Part shown: piece by piece, positions 49,562-61,114 of the stretch | How the letters are laid out: each line of letters starts with the position of its first letter | How positions within the stretch are numbered: position 1 is the first letter of the stretch | Virus record (IMG/VR): IMGVR_UViG_3300001528_000534 | Location: 75,692 to 139,691 of that record | Source of the DNA: a virus | Taxonomy: Duplodnaviria; Caudoviricetes | DNA: 64,000 bases | Strand: one strand, 5' to 3' | The notes under the pieces: model-generated | Told to the model about the DNA's origin: nothing | Seen by the model: only the letters and a program-made list of their open reading frames with translations | Databases searched by the model: none | Position numbers and translations under genes: made by a program

Positions 49562-51196
49562 ATGGCAGATTTAAACATAATAAGAACTATTTCCACAGAA
49601 TTGGAAAATATTGATATTATAGATGGACAATTAATATTTGTAATAGATACTTATGATATATATTTAGATGTAAAAACTTAGAGAGTAAAGTATGATACTC
49701 ATGCTCCATATAGTTTACCAATAGCTTCTAAAGATGTTTTGGGAGGGGTTAAAGTTGATGAAAAAACTTTAATGATGAATGAAGATAATGTTCTTTATAG
49801 TGTCAATGGAGTTTATAAGCCTTATACTTATTTGAGGGTAGATAGCTCGACGTCTCCTCAAATTAGGAATCTTCAGGAAGGAATCTGTTTCCCTAAGATT
49901 ATAGTTAGAAGTTCTTCTAATGTAGGTTTTTTAAAACGAGGTTTAATAACAGAGACTATTAATAATATTACTTTTACTCCTAATTATAAAGAAGGAGGAG
50001 GAGATGAATATGTCGCTGCAAGTTCAAATGGTCAGTCTATTAGCGAAGAAACTGTTTATTAGCTTACAGATGGTATTATTTTGTTCTCTGATACAACCTA
50101 TAATATAAGTTGTAATTATTCTTATGCGGGAACTGGACGAATTGAAGTAATGACATTAGAAGGGAAAAAAGTTGCTGAATCAGGAACTAATATGGGTACT
50201 TTAAAATTTACCCCTGATGATACAGATAAATATTACATTCAATTACGCTTTTTTGCAGGCAGAAGTCTTTCAGGACAATTTCATATTGGAATCTATAAAG
50301 GAACTTTTAATTATAATAATAATGGAGCAGTTGGTTCAACAGTAGACTTAATTGTAAATGGCGATACTTATTCTAATAATATTACTGAACCATATCAAGA
50401 AATTACTAATAAAATATTACAAAAAGAAGGACAAAATACTCTTTCTATGAATAGTAATACTCTTGCAGAAGTGGTAATCGAATGTGCTTTAATTAACCCT
50501 GCTTTAAAGAGTATTAGTAAAAATATAGAAATATTGCCAGCGACAACAAGCAGTGTTGGTGGTGTTAAAGTAGATGGTACAACTATAACAGTTGACGAAG
50601 ATGGTACAATTCATGGCGCTTCTCAAGGTATTGATTTTAGTGCTTTAAGTACAATGATGACTACTGGTAATTTAACTGGTATTAATATCACGGCAGATAT
50701 TGATAATGAGAGATTTAATTTTGAAGTTATAGATATGCCAGTTATTACCATAGATAGTGAAGGATATTGGACAATTAATGGCGACAGAGGAACTTATCCC
50801 ACTAAAGCATAGGGTAATAATGGTACGAATGGAAAAGATGGAGCTTCGCCCACGATTGACCCAACAACAAAAAATTGGATAATCGGTACTGTTGATACTG
50901 GGGTTAAAGCCGAAGCACAATCTAATTATTTTTATACAGGAACTCAATTTCCTACTTCTGATTTAATTGATGGAGATTTATATTTATCCTTTGCAGATGA
51001 TACAAGAGGTAATGTTTATTAGTATAGTTCTACTCTTTTAGATTGGTCATTACAAGGTAATCTTTATGGCGGCGGAGCGGTAATTGATGACACAAGCACA
51101 TCTGGTAATACAGTTACTTGGTCGGCGAATAAAATAAACTCTGTACTTGGCGATATTAACGCTGTGCTTGAAAGTATTACGGGAGGTGTTGAGTAA
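49562..51196 (+). CDS. Fibre/virion decoration-like protein
   Basis: Two LPxA...GGVKVD motifs, short collagen-like stretch; joined through TAGs. Confidence 0.65.
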
Positions 51197-53262
51197 TGGC
51201 TACTACGACTGATTATCTTAATAAGCTTATTGAGCAGAAGAATACACTCGCTGATAATCTTGTTACTAAAGGTATTGAAGCAACTCATGAAGAGAGCTTT
51301 AAAACACTCATTCCTAAAATTTTAAATATCACAAGCAGTGGAGAGGGAACTGAAAAATATTATATTTATAATGACGGTATTGAGATGAATAATCATACTA
51401 TGACTATTTATCATAAACATAGTTCTTCAAAGAAAGCTGCAAATTGGATATATCTATATGGTTATTATATGTCTGATTTATCAAGTGATAAAATAATTAA
51501 TAATGGATATTCAAAACTTTGTATCACATTAATGTCTGATTCTACAGAATTTTCATATACTCCAAAATACTTAAAAGTTTTATGTACAGATGAAGGTGGA
51601 GCTACTCTTACCGGAAATGATTATTCATCAAATGGAGATATTTTAAAATCTATGGATATTATATCATATCCTGATACAACATCTGCAGGTTCAACTTATA
51701 AAATAGATATTTCTAATTTTTCAGAATTTTATCTTCATTTTTAGAATGTAAATACTGATACATATATTTTAAGCATTTGGCTTGAAAAAGAAGAAGAGTA
51801 TTAGAATAATATGATTTTTGATAATTGGGAACATGTAAGTGGAAACAATGGATATAGTTTTGATAAAGATGGCTGGACTGGACCTTTTACTGCAAGTAAT
51901 TATATAGGAATAAATAAATTATTTACTTATACAGAGTCTTTTGAAATTATGGTCAATTTTATTTTAGATTCTATACCAAATAAAACTAATGTGTTAATAG
52001 GATGTAGTGTAAGTAATGTGTATACGAAATCTCCAACTGTAGAACTTCAACCAACAAAAATATGGGCTGGTTTATCATATGAAGGAAAAACGTGGGATAA
52101 AAGCGTAAGCACTAATATAGAGTGGGAAATCAATAAAGAATATTATATAAAATATAGCTATAATGCGGATTCTAAAATTTTAAAATTAGAAATGTCTCGT
52201 AATGGAATAACTTGGGAAGTTTTAGCAAGCGCCGCAGATATCGAAATAGGATATTAGTGTATCGATTCTGAATATTTTGAGTTAGGCGGCATAGCACGCT
52301 CAGGTAGTCATAATTTTAACTAGGGAAAAATAAATTTATTTAAAAGTTATATAAAACTTGATGATAAATTATTTTGGGGTATTGCTTATGATAATATTGC
52401 AAAGCAATAGAAAGGAATAACGCCTTTAGATAGCAATGGATATCCAACTGGTGATGTTATTGTACCAGAAGGAATAAAAATATTTAGAGCAGATGCAGTA
52501 AAATCTAGATATAATAATAATATTACTTCAATAGACTTTCCCTCTACTTTAACTGAAATTTCTTCAGGTGCTTTTGGTTATAGTAAATCAATTACTGATA
52601 TTACAATAAGAAGTTCTAATTCTATATATTTAAATGGTAACATATTTCAAGAATGTAATGCTCTTACCAATATAAATTTTACTAATCCTAATACAACAAT
52701 TCAATTTTATGGTTATGGTTAGTATTGTTTTGATAAAACAAATATTACAGATTCTGTTGTAGAAGAAATAATAAATAGAACGACAACTGGATTATCATAT
52801 TATACTTTTGCACATTGTAATAATTTAAAAGAATTAAATTTATCGAAACTTGGAAACCATATGTTTATGGGTTGCTCAGGAATTACAAAGATAATAGTAG
52901 AAGATGGCGTAACAAATATGCCTGAAGGAGCATTAAGAGATTTGTCTGCTCTTACTTATCTTTTTTTGCCTTCAAGTATTGAAGACAGTCAATGGTTAAC
53001 TAAAGAGATTAAGTATTCTACATACTTTCTATGCAATAATATTAATCTTGAAGTTGTTGAATTGGGAAAAGATTGGAATGCTTCTATTAATTTATCTGTG
53101 TCCGATAAATTAACTAAAGAATGCATAATTAATATTTTAAATAACTTAAAAGATTTAACCGATGTTGATTCAAAAACATTAACTTTAGGAGAAACTAATT
53201 TAACAAAATTAACTGATGAAGAAAAATTAATTGCTACAAATAAAAATTGGATATTGGAGTAA
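51196..53262 (+). CDS. Multi-domain protein with lectin-like region and BspA-type leucine-rich repeats
   Basis: ITSIDFPSTLTEISSGAF, FMGCSGITKI; track ORFs 51196, 51811 and 52861 joined by TAG. Confidence 0.7.
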
Positions 53263-53267
53263 AAAAT

Positions 53268-55346
53268 ATGAATGTATCTACTTTTTTAAGAAATTGGGCA
53301 TTGCACTATATAGAGCCAACTTTTTTGTATCTTCCTCGATAGAGAGTTAAAAAAGGATACATAACTATTAGACCTGTAAGTTATGTTCATGAAAATCATT
53401 ATTATGAAAGTGGCAACAGCCGTCAGTATTTTTATATAGATTATTAGAAAGCTATTGTTACTGGTAGCCTCCGCTATGAATAGGGAAGTAAAGAAGATAA
53501 TAGAGCTTAGTATCCTTGTTTATATAGAGTTTATGAATATAATGAAAAACGAAAAAAATATATTCCTATTAATACTAAAGGAGAAAAAGATTTTGATTGC
53601 ACAAAATCTACATTGTATCAAAATGAATAGCAATTTAAATTAGAGTTAAATAAACATTATTATTATTGTGAGTTACAGTCTTCTGATGGAGACATACTTC
53701 ATTTTAATATTGAAGAATTTTGGCTAGATAAAGAAGGTACTTTAAGAACAAAAACTTCTAATTTAAATTAGATTAATACTTTTTTAGAACCTATTAAAGA
53801 CAGCGAAGAATCTTAGTTTATATTAGAAATTCGACATTATCCTAAATTGGTGAAAATTTATAATGAGTTTACTTTATTTGAAAATGATAGTGAAATAGAA
53901 GAACATTCTTAGACTCTTATGTCTCAAAAAGGATGGACCGCTTATATCAATTCAGAACCTTGGGCGAATGGATTACCCGGCGCCACCGCAGGAGGTAAAG
54001 ATTCTGTTGAATTAGAATCAAGTAAATTATATACAATAGCTCCAAAAATTAAAAAAATGACTTATATGGAAAAAGAAATTAACCTTCCTATTATTTATAA
54101 AAACAATAAGCGGTCAGGTAAGAGAGCTGTAGTATAGATAGGATAGGGCTATACGGATATCTCTCCATCTCCTAATAAAATAAATTGGTATTTATGCTAT
54201 GGAGAAATGAGATGGGCAAAAACAGTAGCTATTGCTCCTAAAGATAAAATGAACAAAGATATTTATATTTCTAATGGAAACGAAGAAATTCTTTTACATC
54301 ATGGCGAAGAAATTGAATGGAGCGATACTAGTATTTCTGAGTTGCCTCGAGATGCCGCTTATCAACCAGAAAAGTATACAACAGGACATTATTTTACAGA
54401 AATAAAAGAAGAAGGTTATATAAAAGGCGATGTAAATGATAATTCAAATAGTCCTTCTGTGCCGGGTATCATCGCTAGTGAAGGTAGTTTAAATGGACTT
54501 AGTCCTGCTGAATTCTATTCTATGTGCGGAAACTTCTGGAAGAAAAAAATTCCAAATCAAACATGGGTTAGTTATAGGTCTAAAAATTATACTGAAACAA
54601 TAACTGTAGGAACAGAAAAAAGAACATATATAGACTCATTTGATTCTGAAAGCGGCATTCATACAGAATTAGCTACTTCTTCAGAAGGAAATTTAACTTA
54701 GGATATTGATTGGAATTATTCTATAATAGAAAATTTTTTAGCGAGAGTAAAAATTACTTCAAATAAATTTACTGGAAAACTAAAAGAAAAAGTTTATAAT
54801 ACAGAAGGTGAAATTACTTATGAATAGAATACTGAAAGAGTATTTAGAGAAGAGCGTACAGGTTATGCTTGGGCGGGCGCAGAAGACCTTGCAGGTATGG
54901 CATCTTGGGCTATAGAAGCTTTTACTAAATTAGACCCTGATGGGGACCCTGAGAAACCTTATAAAGCTATTGGATGCGGACCCGGCATGCCACTAAGAGT
55001 AGCTTTTGCTTAGTATGAGAATGAAAATACAGAAAATTTTACAGAAGATTCCTTTTTTATCACAGAGTCTTATGGCTCTGATGAAGTTTTATTACCTTAT
55101 GATTCTCCTATTAAAAGAAAAGAAAAAAAAGCCTATTATGATATCTCTTATGCAGAATACGATGAAGATAAATTTAAATTATATACAGAAAAATGTACTG
55201 CTGGTTGTAGCGCAATTGTATCTTTTATAAAATCAACAAGACAAGGTTATAAAAAATATTTTTAGTAGATAGATGAATATGAGTCAGATTAGTGGTTAAA
55301 AAATGAGGAGGACTTGAATCAAGATGACGAAACAAGTATTATTTAA
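53268..55346 (+). CDS. Large hypothetical protein (TAG-rich)
   Basis: Track ORFs 53919 and 54207 share one frame; ends TAA 55346. Confidence 0.65.
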
Positions 55347-56511
55347 AGGTGTTGACATTTCTAATCATAATTCTATTGATTGGACAAAGGTTACAAAGTC
55401 TAAAGATTTAGATTTTGTAATTATTCGCGCAGGATATGGTAAAAATACTGTTGATGCTAAATTTAGAGTAAATATTGAAAATGCAATTAAAAAAGGCTTA
55501 GATATTGGCATTTATTGGTTTAGCTACGCTTAGAATGCGGAAGCTGCTAAGCAAGAAGCAGAATTTTGTTTAAAAACACTTAATGAATATAGAAAATATA
55601 TTACTTATCCTGTTTTTTTTGATTGGGAGAATGATTCTTATAATTATGTTTTGAAGCAATATAAAATTACTCCAACAAAACAATTAGTTAGTGATATGGC
55701 AAGAGCTTTTATGAAAACAATAGCTTCCGCTGGATATAAAACAGGTAATTATTCTAATAAAGATTATTTAAATAGATTCTTTGATAATGATATTAAGAAT
55801 AATTATGACATTTGGCTTGCTCATGTTGCGGATGGAAAAGGCAATCCTTTAGTTACTTCAAATTATACTGGGCAATATACAATGCATCAGTATTCTTGGG
55901 TAGGACGTCCGCAAGGTTTTCTTTCTAATACAGATATGGATTTTTGCTTTGTAAATTATAACACAGCTTCCAATATTTCAAAAGAAAATAAAAAAACTTA
56001 TCAAATCCCTGAAAATATAAAATTTTTAACAGATATTAATAAAAATGTTATTACTACTTATATCTATTCAAAGTCAAAAGATAAGTTGTTATCAGACCAT
56101 TTCCAAGTAAAAGAATTTGCAAGTGGAAATGGAGAAGAAAAAGTAAAAATACATAATAAATTAATTATAATTTTAGAAGCTTTATTTAAAGAATTAAATT
56201 GTTCTAAAATTATCGTAACAAGCGGCTATCGCACAAAAGAAAAAGATATTGCGGTTGGCGGAGATGGCACTGGGTACCATACTTTAGGACGTGCCGCAGA
56301 TGTTGTTTGTTATAATAAGCAAGGTAATATTATTTCTGCAAAAAGAGTTTGTTGTGCTCTTGAAAATATGGGCGGCATTTATGGTATTGGATATATTTCA
56401 CCTACTGCTGTTCATATAGATACTAGACCTGAAAATAAAAAATGGTGGGGAGATGAAACTAAGAAAAATTCTCCCACAATAAATTCATTCCATGATTATT
56501 TTAATATATAA
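55324..56511 (+). CDS. Endolysin: GH25 muramidase plus peptidase M15-like domain; single TAG at 55531
   Basis: GVDIS, IIRAGYG, FDWE; SGYR...H..GRAADV...VHID. Confidence 0.88.
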
Positions 56512-56514
56512 TTA

Positions 56515-56560
56515 AGAAAAACCTACAATAAATTATTTTATTGTAGGTTTTTTATTTTTT
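56515..56560 (+). terminator. Intrinsic terminator
   Basis: AAAAACCTACAATAAA...TTTATTGTAGGTTTTT followed by T tract. Confidence 0.75.
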
Positions 56561-56638
56561 TATAAAATTGGAATAAAAATTTTTTAAAGTGGTTTTTGAT
56601 TCCTAGATACGGGCGTCTGCGCTCCGAGCAGATATAAG

Positions 56639-56681
56639 AAAAAATCCCTATATACAAAATAAAGTATATAGGGATTTTTTT
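56639..56681 (-). terminator. Intrinsic terminator
   Basis: AAAAATCCCTATATAC...GTATATAGGGATTTTT. Confidence 0.75.
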
Positions 56682-56687
56682 ATTTAA

Positions 56688-58136
56688 TTATTCTAACATA
56701 CGGTAAATATTTATAATATGGTAAGTAGAAATCACATTTTTTATTAGTGTTAGAAAAAGAGTTTCTTTTTCAGAAGATATTTTTGTTGAGCATAAGAAAT
56801 TGATTTTTTTAATTAAAAGTTCTTTATGAGAATCTGGAATCAAAGGGTCTATTTTAATTGCTTTTATAATTTCTCCTAATGAATCATTAAAAGATTTCTT
56901 TTTTTCAGTTTCTTCCATCATATAAGGATAATTTGAATAATTTTCTCCTATCCACTGCCTCATTTCTGCAACCATGTCGTCCCAAGTTTGAGTATGTTCT
57001 TCTTTAAAAGAAGGAAACTTTGATTTCTTTTTCTTAATGAGAGAGATATTTTTTGAAGCGAAGAAAATGCCAAGTGTTTCATCATATTTATCTTCAGGAT
57101 TACACTGACTTTTTCCTCGAAGGACTGTGCATGGACGTCCATCCTTTCCTATGTTAACAATAGAAATTCTTGTCGTACCATGGCTCTTATCCATTTCGAT
57201 TATAACTTTTGCATAACGCATTTTCCGATAATATAAATCATAACTAATGGAATGAATATTACGTCCATAAGATAAGTATGTTTGAGAGATTAAAGCAGGA
57301 CGATAAGGAGGCTCCGCAATAGGAAAATATTTAAGATATGCTTCTATAATGTTTATTTTATAATCTCTAAATTTAATTAAAGATTCTTCTTCTTTCCAAG
57401 CATATTCTTTATCTCCTCTTGTTGCCGCAATTAAATATTCTACTTTTTGCGTTGACAAATTTAATTTAACTTTTTCAACATGAGCTATTACATACCGCTT
57501 TTCTTTATAAGAATAAACAAGAACTATATCATTAACTCTAAATTTATTAACTCTTTTCATAAACATTTCAGGAGTAAATGCAAAAATAGAAAAAGGAGTA
57601 TGACTTTCAAAAGAGCCTAATGAAAAAATATTTTCATTTGTTTTTATCTGCATTAGGTTACCTGCATATTTAAACATCTTACGTACAAAATTGCAATCGG
57701 GAGTAAGAATATCTCCTTCATCGTCCACTCCAAATTCTTTCTTCAAGCGATAGAGAGGTTTTATTCTTACGACATCTCCTGCTAAATATTCTTTATTACT
57801 TGATTCTGATGGAGGAAGAAGAGTCTGCTCGGAAAGAAGGTCTTCTTCTTTAATACCTTCTTTAAGACTGTAAAAAATATTTTTCTCGGTTATGTTTAAC
57901 TTAGCTATATCATAAAGAAATTTGCCTTTTTCAAAATAAATATTTTGAATAGAATATGTTCCATCAGAACAAGAAATTTTTTCGTTTATCGAAAAAGCAT
58001 TAAGCTTAGGGAAGCGTTGCATTGCTTCAAAAGTTCCAAAACAATACCCTTCCATTTTAGCAACTCCAATACAAGACTCCTCGATTTTAGCAATGTCACC
58101 TGAGTAAGAACGTACGAAATCTCCAATCTGAATCAT
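56688..58136 (-). CDS. Hypothetical multi-domain protein
   Basis: 482-aa TAG-free ORF. Confidence 0.7.
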   Translation of the reverse strand: MIQIGDFVRSYSGDIAKIEESCIGVAKMEGYCFGTFEAMQRFPKLNAFSINEKISCSDGTYSIQNIYFEKGKFLYDIAKLNITEKNIFYSLKEGIKEEDLLSEQTLLPPSESSNKEYLAGDVVRIKPLYRLKKEFGVDDEGDILTPDCNFVRKMFKYAGNLMQIKTNENIFSLGSFESHTPFSIFAFTPEMFMKRVNKFRVNDIVLVYSYKEKRYVIAHVEKVKLNLSTQKVEYLIAATRGDKEYAWKEEESLIKFRDYKINIIEAYLKYFPIAEPPYRPALISQTYLSYGRNIHSISYDLYYRKMRYAKVIIEMDKSHGTTRISIVNIGKDGRPCTVLRGKSQCNPEDKYDETLGIFFASKNISLIKKKKSKFPSFKEEHTQTWDDMVAEMRQWIGENYSNYPYMMEETEKKKSFNDSLGEIIKAIKIDPLIPDSHKELLIKKINFLCSTKISSEKETLFLTLIKNVISTYHIINIYRMLE

Positions 58137-58156
58137 AAATATTATTTCCTTTCTTT

Positions 58157-60813
58157 TTAGTCAAGAGTGATTGAATCATATCTCTTATTCATTATCGTAT
58201 CAAGCATAAGACTATAACCATTCTTACCAGTAAGGACAGACTTAAAGATAACAGGAGAACAGCCGCTTACATAAGATACCATAGGACCAGCATCCAAAAT
58301 GGTATCATGTCTTGCATCGACATTCCAATAAATAAGTCTGGGAAGTTCATAGCCTGCGCTTGCCCATCTTCCTCTCATTTTTTCCATTTCTGTGCCAATA
58401 TTCGCTTTTGTCCAGCCCGTACATCTACTGTCTCTGAAAGAGTAAGACCGAGCGCCTTGGTCAATTTCCATATCAGAAATAACAACAATAGTTTCAGGTA
58501 TCATTTCCTGAGAAAGATTATGCCTCTGAGCTGTATGCAAAAGAAGTTCAAATGCCGCTTCAAGATTAGTATTATCACAGAGGTTCTTATCCCTAATAGC
58601 GCTTACCTGACTGCAAAAATCAGGCTTATCATTAGTAGGAATAAGTTGAGGACGAGAAGCAAAGCTAATGTAATGATTTGCAAAAGGACCTCTAAGACGT
58701 TCTGCGCAATAAAGACCAAGAGAAATTGCTACATTTATAGGCTGACCGTGCATTGAACCAGAAGTATCAACCATACACATCATACTTGCGGGCTTGCCCT
58801 CAAAATAATCAGGAAGATTCTTCCAATACTTGTTAATAACTGCTTTATCTGTTGTTGATTCCGCCTTCAAAGCCTTATCAACAATTTCATAAGGATAAAG
58901 AGTATTTGCGTTTACTTTTGTATTTTCGTCCTTAGCAAAAGTTTCATACTTCTTAGAGATAATATCTCTACGAGCAAAAGCGTTCTTATAAATAAGACCT
59001 GCCTTAGAAGGAATCTTGTCAAATTCAATCTTATCCCACTGATTAGAAGACATAAGAGATTCAACAATATTTATTCTCTTGCGGAGAATAGAAAGCATCT
59101 GGCGATAAGTCTTTGCAGTAAAAGGTGAAGGGTCTCTGCGAGCAAATTCTTTACGAATTACCTTTGCCATAGAGCGAGTCTTTTCTGAAGAAGCGTTTTC
59201 AGAAGGAAGCCACTTTGCAAGGAGAGAGGGTGTCTTACAATGCAAATCAAGAAAAATCTGCTCATATATGATATCTATTGCCTGCTTGAAACAAGGTGTT
59301 TCATAGGTAATATAAAGAAGGTCGTCCCATCTGCCGAAGTTAGGAATTTCTGTTAAAAACTTTGCTGCTATTTCAGGGTGATTATTGCAAAGCCACTTAT
59401 AGGCAACTCTAAAGAAGCGTCTCTCCCCCTGCGCGGAGTTAAAAATTATTTTTATAATTTCGCAGACTATCTCTTCATCTCTCAGTTTGAGAGCGTCCTG
59501 CACTTCGAGCGGTGCTAATCTCCACTCTACAATTAGTCGTTACACCTTCTACATAAGTTTCCATCTATATCCATAAGCTATTTTATTTTGCTTTGCTGCT
59601 TTAGAAATCCATCCGTGACTAACGCCCAATGCTTTTTCAGCATCTTTTATTCCATCATAGACTTTAATAATTTCTAAAGTATTTTTATCTAATTGAGCAA
59701 TTTTATTTTTTCTTACTGCTGCGTGAGAGCGAATTTTTTTCAATGCTTCTTCCGAATGATGCTTTCCATACATTGGATTGTTTTCACCTTTAAACATATC
59801 TGGATGTTCAGCATAAAACTTTTTATTACTTTCTGTGACAAGTTTTCTATAATTTTCATCTTGCCATAATTGTAATGTTCGTTCTCTCAGTTTTTCAATA
59901 GCTTCTGGATTGTTTTCATAAAATTTTTTAACAGAAATACTTCTTTTTTCTCTTTCCTCTTCTGTCTAAGTTCTTGAAAAACCGATATTTCCCTCTCCAC
60001 CCTTTGTCATATTATAGCCATTAGGTGCCAATGAATTTTTTTCTTTTATCCAATACTATTCTCGTTCATTCAAAAGGAAATTTTCTGTTTCTTCAATAAC
60101 TTCAAAAGAGAAATTGTTTACCCCATATTTGTTCATCGCTCTATGGAGATAACTTATTGAAGCTTCTTGTTCAGGATGCCTTGCTAAATAACGATGCTAA
60201 CTAAATCTATCTGTTGCTCGTTCTTTAGTAGTCTATCCAATATAAATTTTATGATTTAATAGATTTTCAATTTTATAAATATATCCCATATTTTTCTCCT
60301 TGTTCTAATTTTACATACAAATACGGAAATAATTAGAGATACTTTATATAAAATTGACCAATGTAGCTTGGCACGGTATTGCCTTGTCCTTTTTAGGATT
60401 TAGGTTCCCTTACTCATAATGATATTACTATCTTCTGAACCGTTAGCCAAAATAAATTTTGACACCCCTTTTGCATGGGTTCACAGGATTTTTTACTATA
60501 TGTTACCATATAGGGAGGCTCAGGCAAAGAGCTTACCTCCACGACAATCACGAAGATAGAAAAGACACTTGAGAGCAAGTTCTATATCTTCCGCATAAGC
60601 TTTCTTAAATAAACTAATAACATCTTCATCTGGGCGAGTGCGGTAAGCTCCGCCAAGAGCAAACAAATTGTAAACATCAGAATTAGTAGAATCATAAGCA
60701 AGTGCGCCATTCTCTGTTCTCTTCTGATGAGCCTCCATCTTGAGAGCCTGAAGGAGCTTGCTCTCTTCGTTTATTGCCTGAGACAAATTTATATTCTGGT
60801 TATTCATTCTCAT
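58157..60813 (-). CDS. Ro60/TROVE-like DUF2828 + VWA protein; exons 60813-60535 and 59431-58157
   Basis: TENGA, LRDCRGG-QGERR after splicing, GRWDDL, AKWLP, MIDAS DTSGSM, SDME, YWN. Confidence 0.85.
59540..60289 (-). CDS. Intron-encoded GIY-YIG homing endonuclease with NUMOD3-like repeat
   Basis: MGYIYKIEN...YIG-Q(TAG)-T; [11 protein letters not shown]. Confidence 0.82.
60318..60359 (-). promoter_or_regulatory. Intron-internal promoter motif GGTC-N8-ATAA-N18-CGTATTTG
   Basis: Exact-spacing copy upstream of the endonuclease ORF. Confidence 0.55.
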
Positions 60814-60853
60814 ATTTTTTCTCCTTTTATTTCTGTTTTCATTTTCTATATAT

Positions 60854-60882
60854 ATTATATCATATTTTTTATAAAAAATCAA
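60854..60882 (-). promoter_or_regulatory. SigA-type promoter for the DUF2828 gene
   Basis: TTGATT-N17-TATAAT with TG extension. Confidence 0.75.
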
Positions 60883-60912
60883 AAAAGCAAAAGATAACTG
60901 ATTATCTTTTGC
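60881..60912 (-). terminator. Intrinsic terminator closing the small-RNA array
   Basis: GCAAAAGATAA-loop-TTATCTTTTGC followed by TTTTTT on the - strand. Confidence 0.75.
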
Positions 60913-60932
60913 CTTTCATTAAACAATTTTAC

Positions 60933-61004
60933 AAGAGACTTATACTTATTTTCTTCGGCGAAAAAATGATGCCAATAAAAATATTGTTTTGCTGTGCGTC
61001 TCTT
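60933..61004 (-). ncRNA. Putative Y-RNA-like hairpin, unit 4
   Basis: AAGAGAC-GCACAGCAA...GTCTCTT. Confidence 0.65.
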
Positions 61005-61021
61005 TTATTTTATATAATTTC

Positions 61022-61098
61022 AAGACAAAAATATTATTAAAAAGTAAATTTCTTTTAAGTTTCTTTAATATTTGTTAAATATTTGCAGAAATTGTCTT
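61022..61098 (-). ncRNA. Putative Y-RNA-like hairpin, unit 3
   Basis: AAGACAA-TTTCTGCAA...TTGTCTT (motif variant). Confidence 0.55.
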
Positions 61099-61114
61099 TA
61101 ATTATTTTGTAAGC

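Larger units (their letters stand above)
59432..60534 (-). mobile_element. Group I intron in the DUF2828 gene
   Basis: U/G boundaries restore RGG-QGER; core GTAACGACTA...GAGATAGTCTG. Confidence 0.85.

Noticed and set aside
49562-55346. Diversity-generating retroelement
   Set aside because: No reverse transcriptase and no template/variable repeat pair seen in the window
1-56511. Mass pseudogenisation suggested by the fragmented ORF track
   Set aside because: Breaks are in-frame TAGs or introns and frames stay continuous; only the helicase at ~26210 has a true frame break
839-58756. Antisense or alternate-frame track ORFs (e.g. 839-1084, 2973-3179, 14112-14312, 24508-24768, 32602-33054, 38467-38922, 45027-45485, 53455-53643, 55006-55230, 58307-58756)
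   Set aside because: They shadow well-supported genes and have no RBS or motifs
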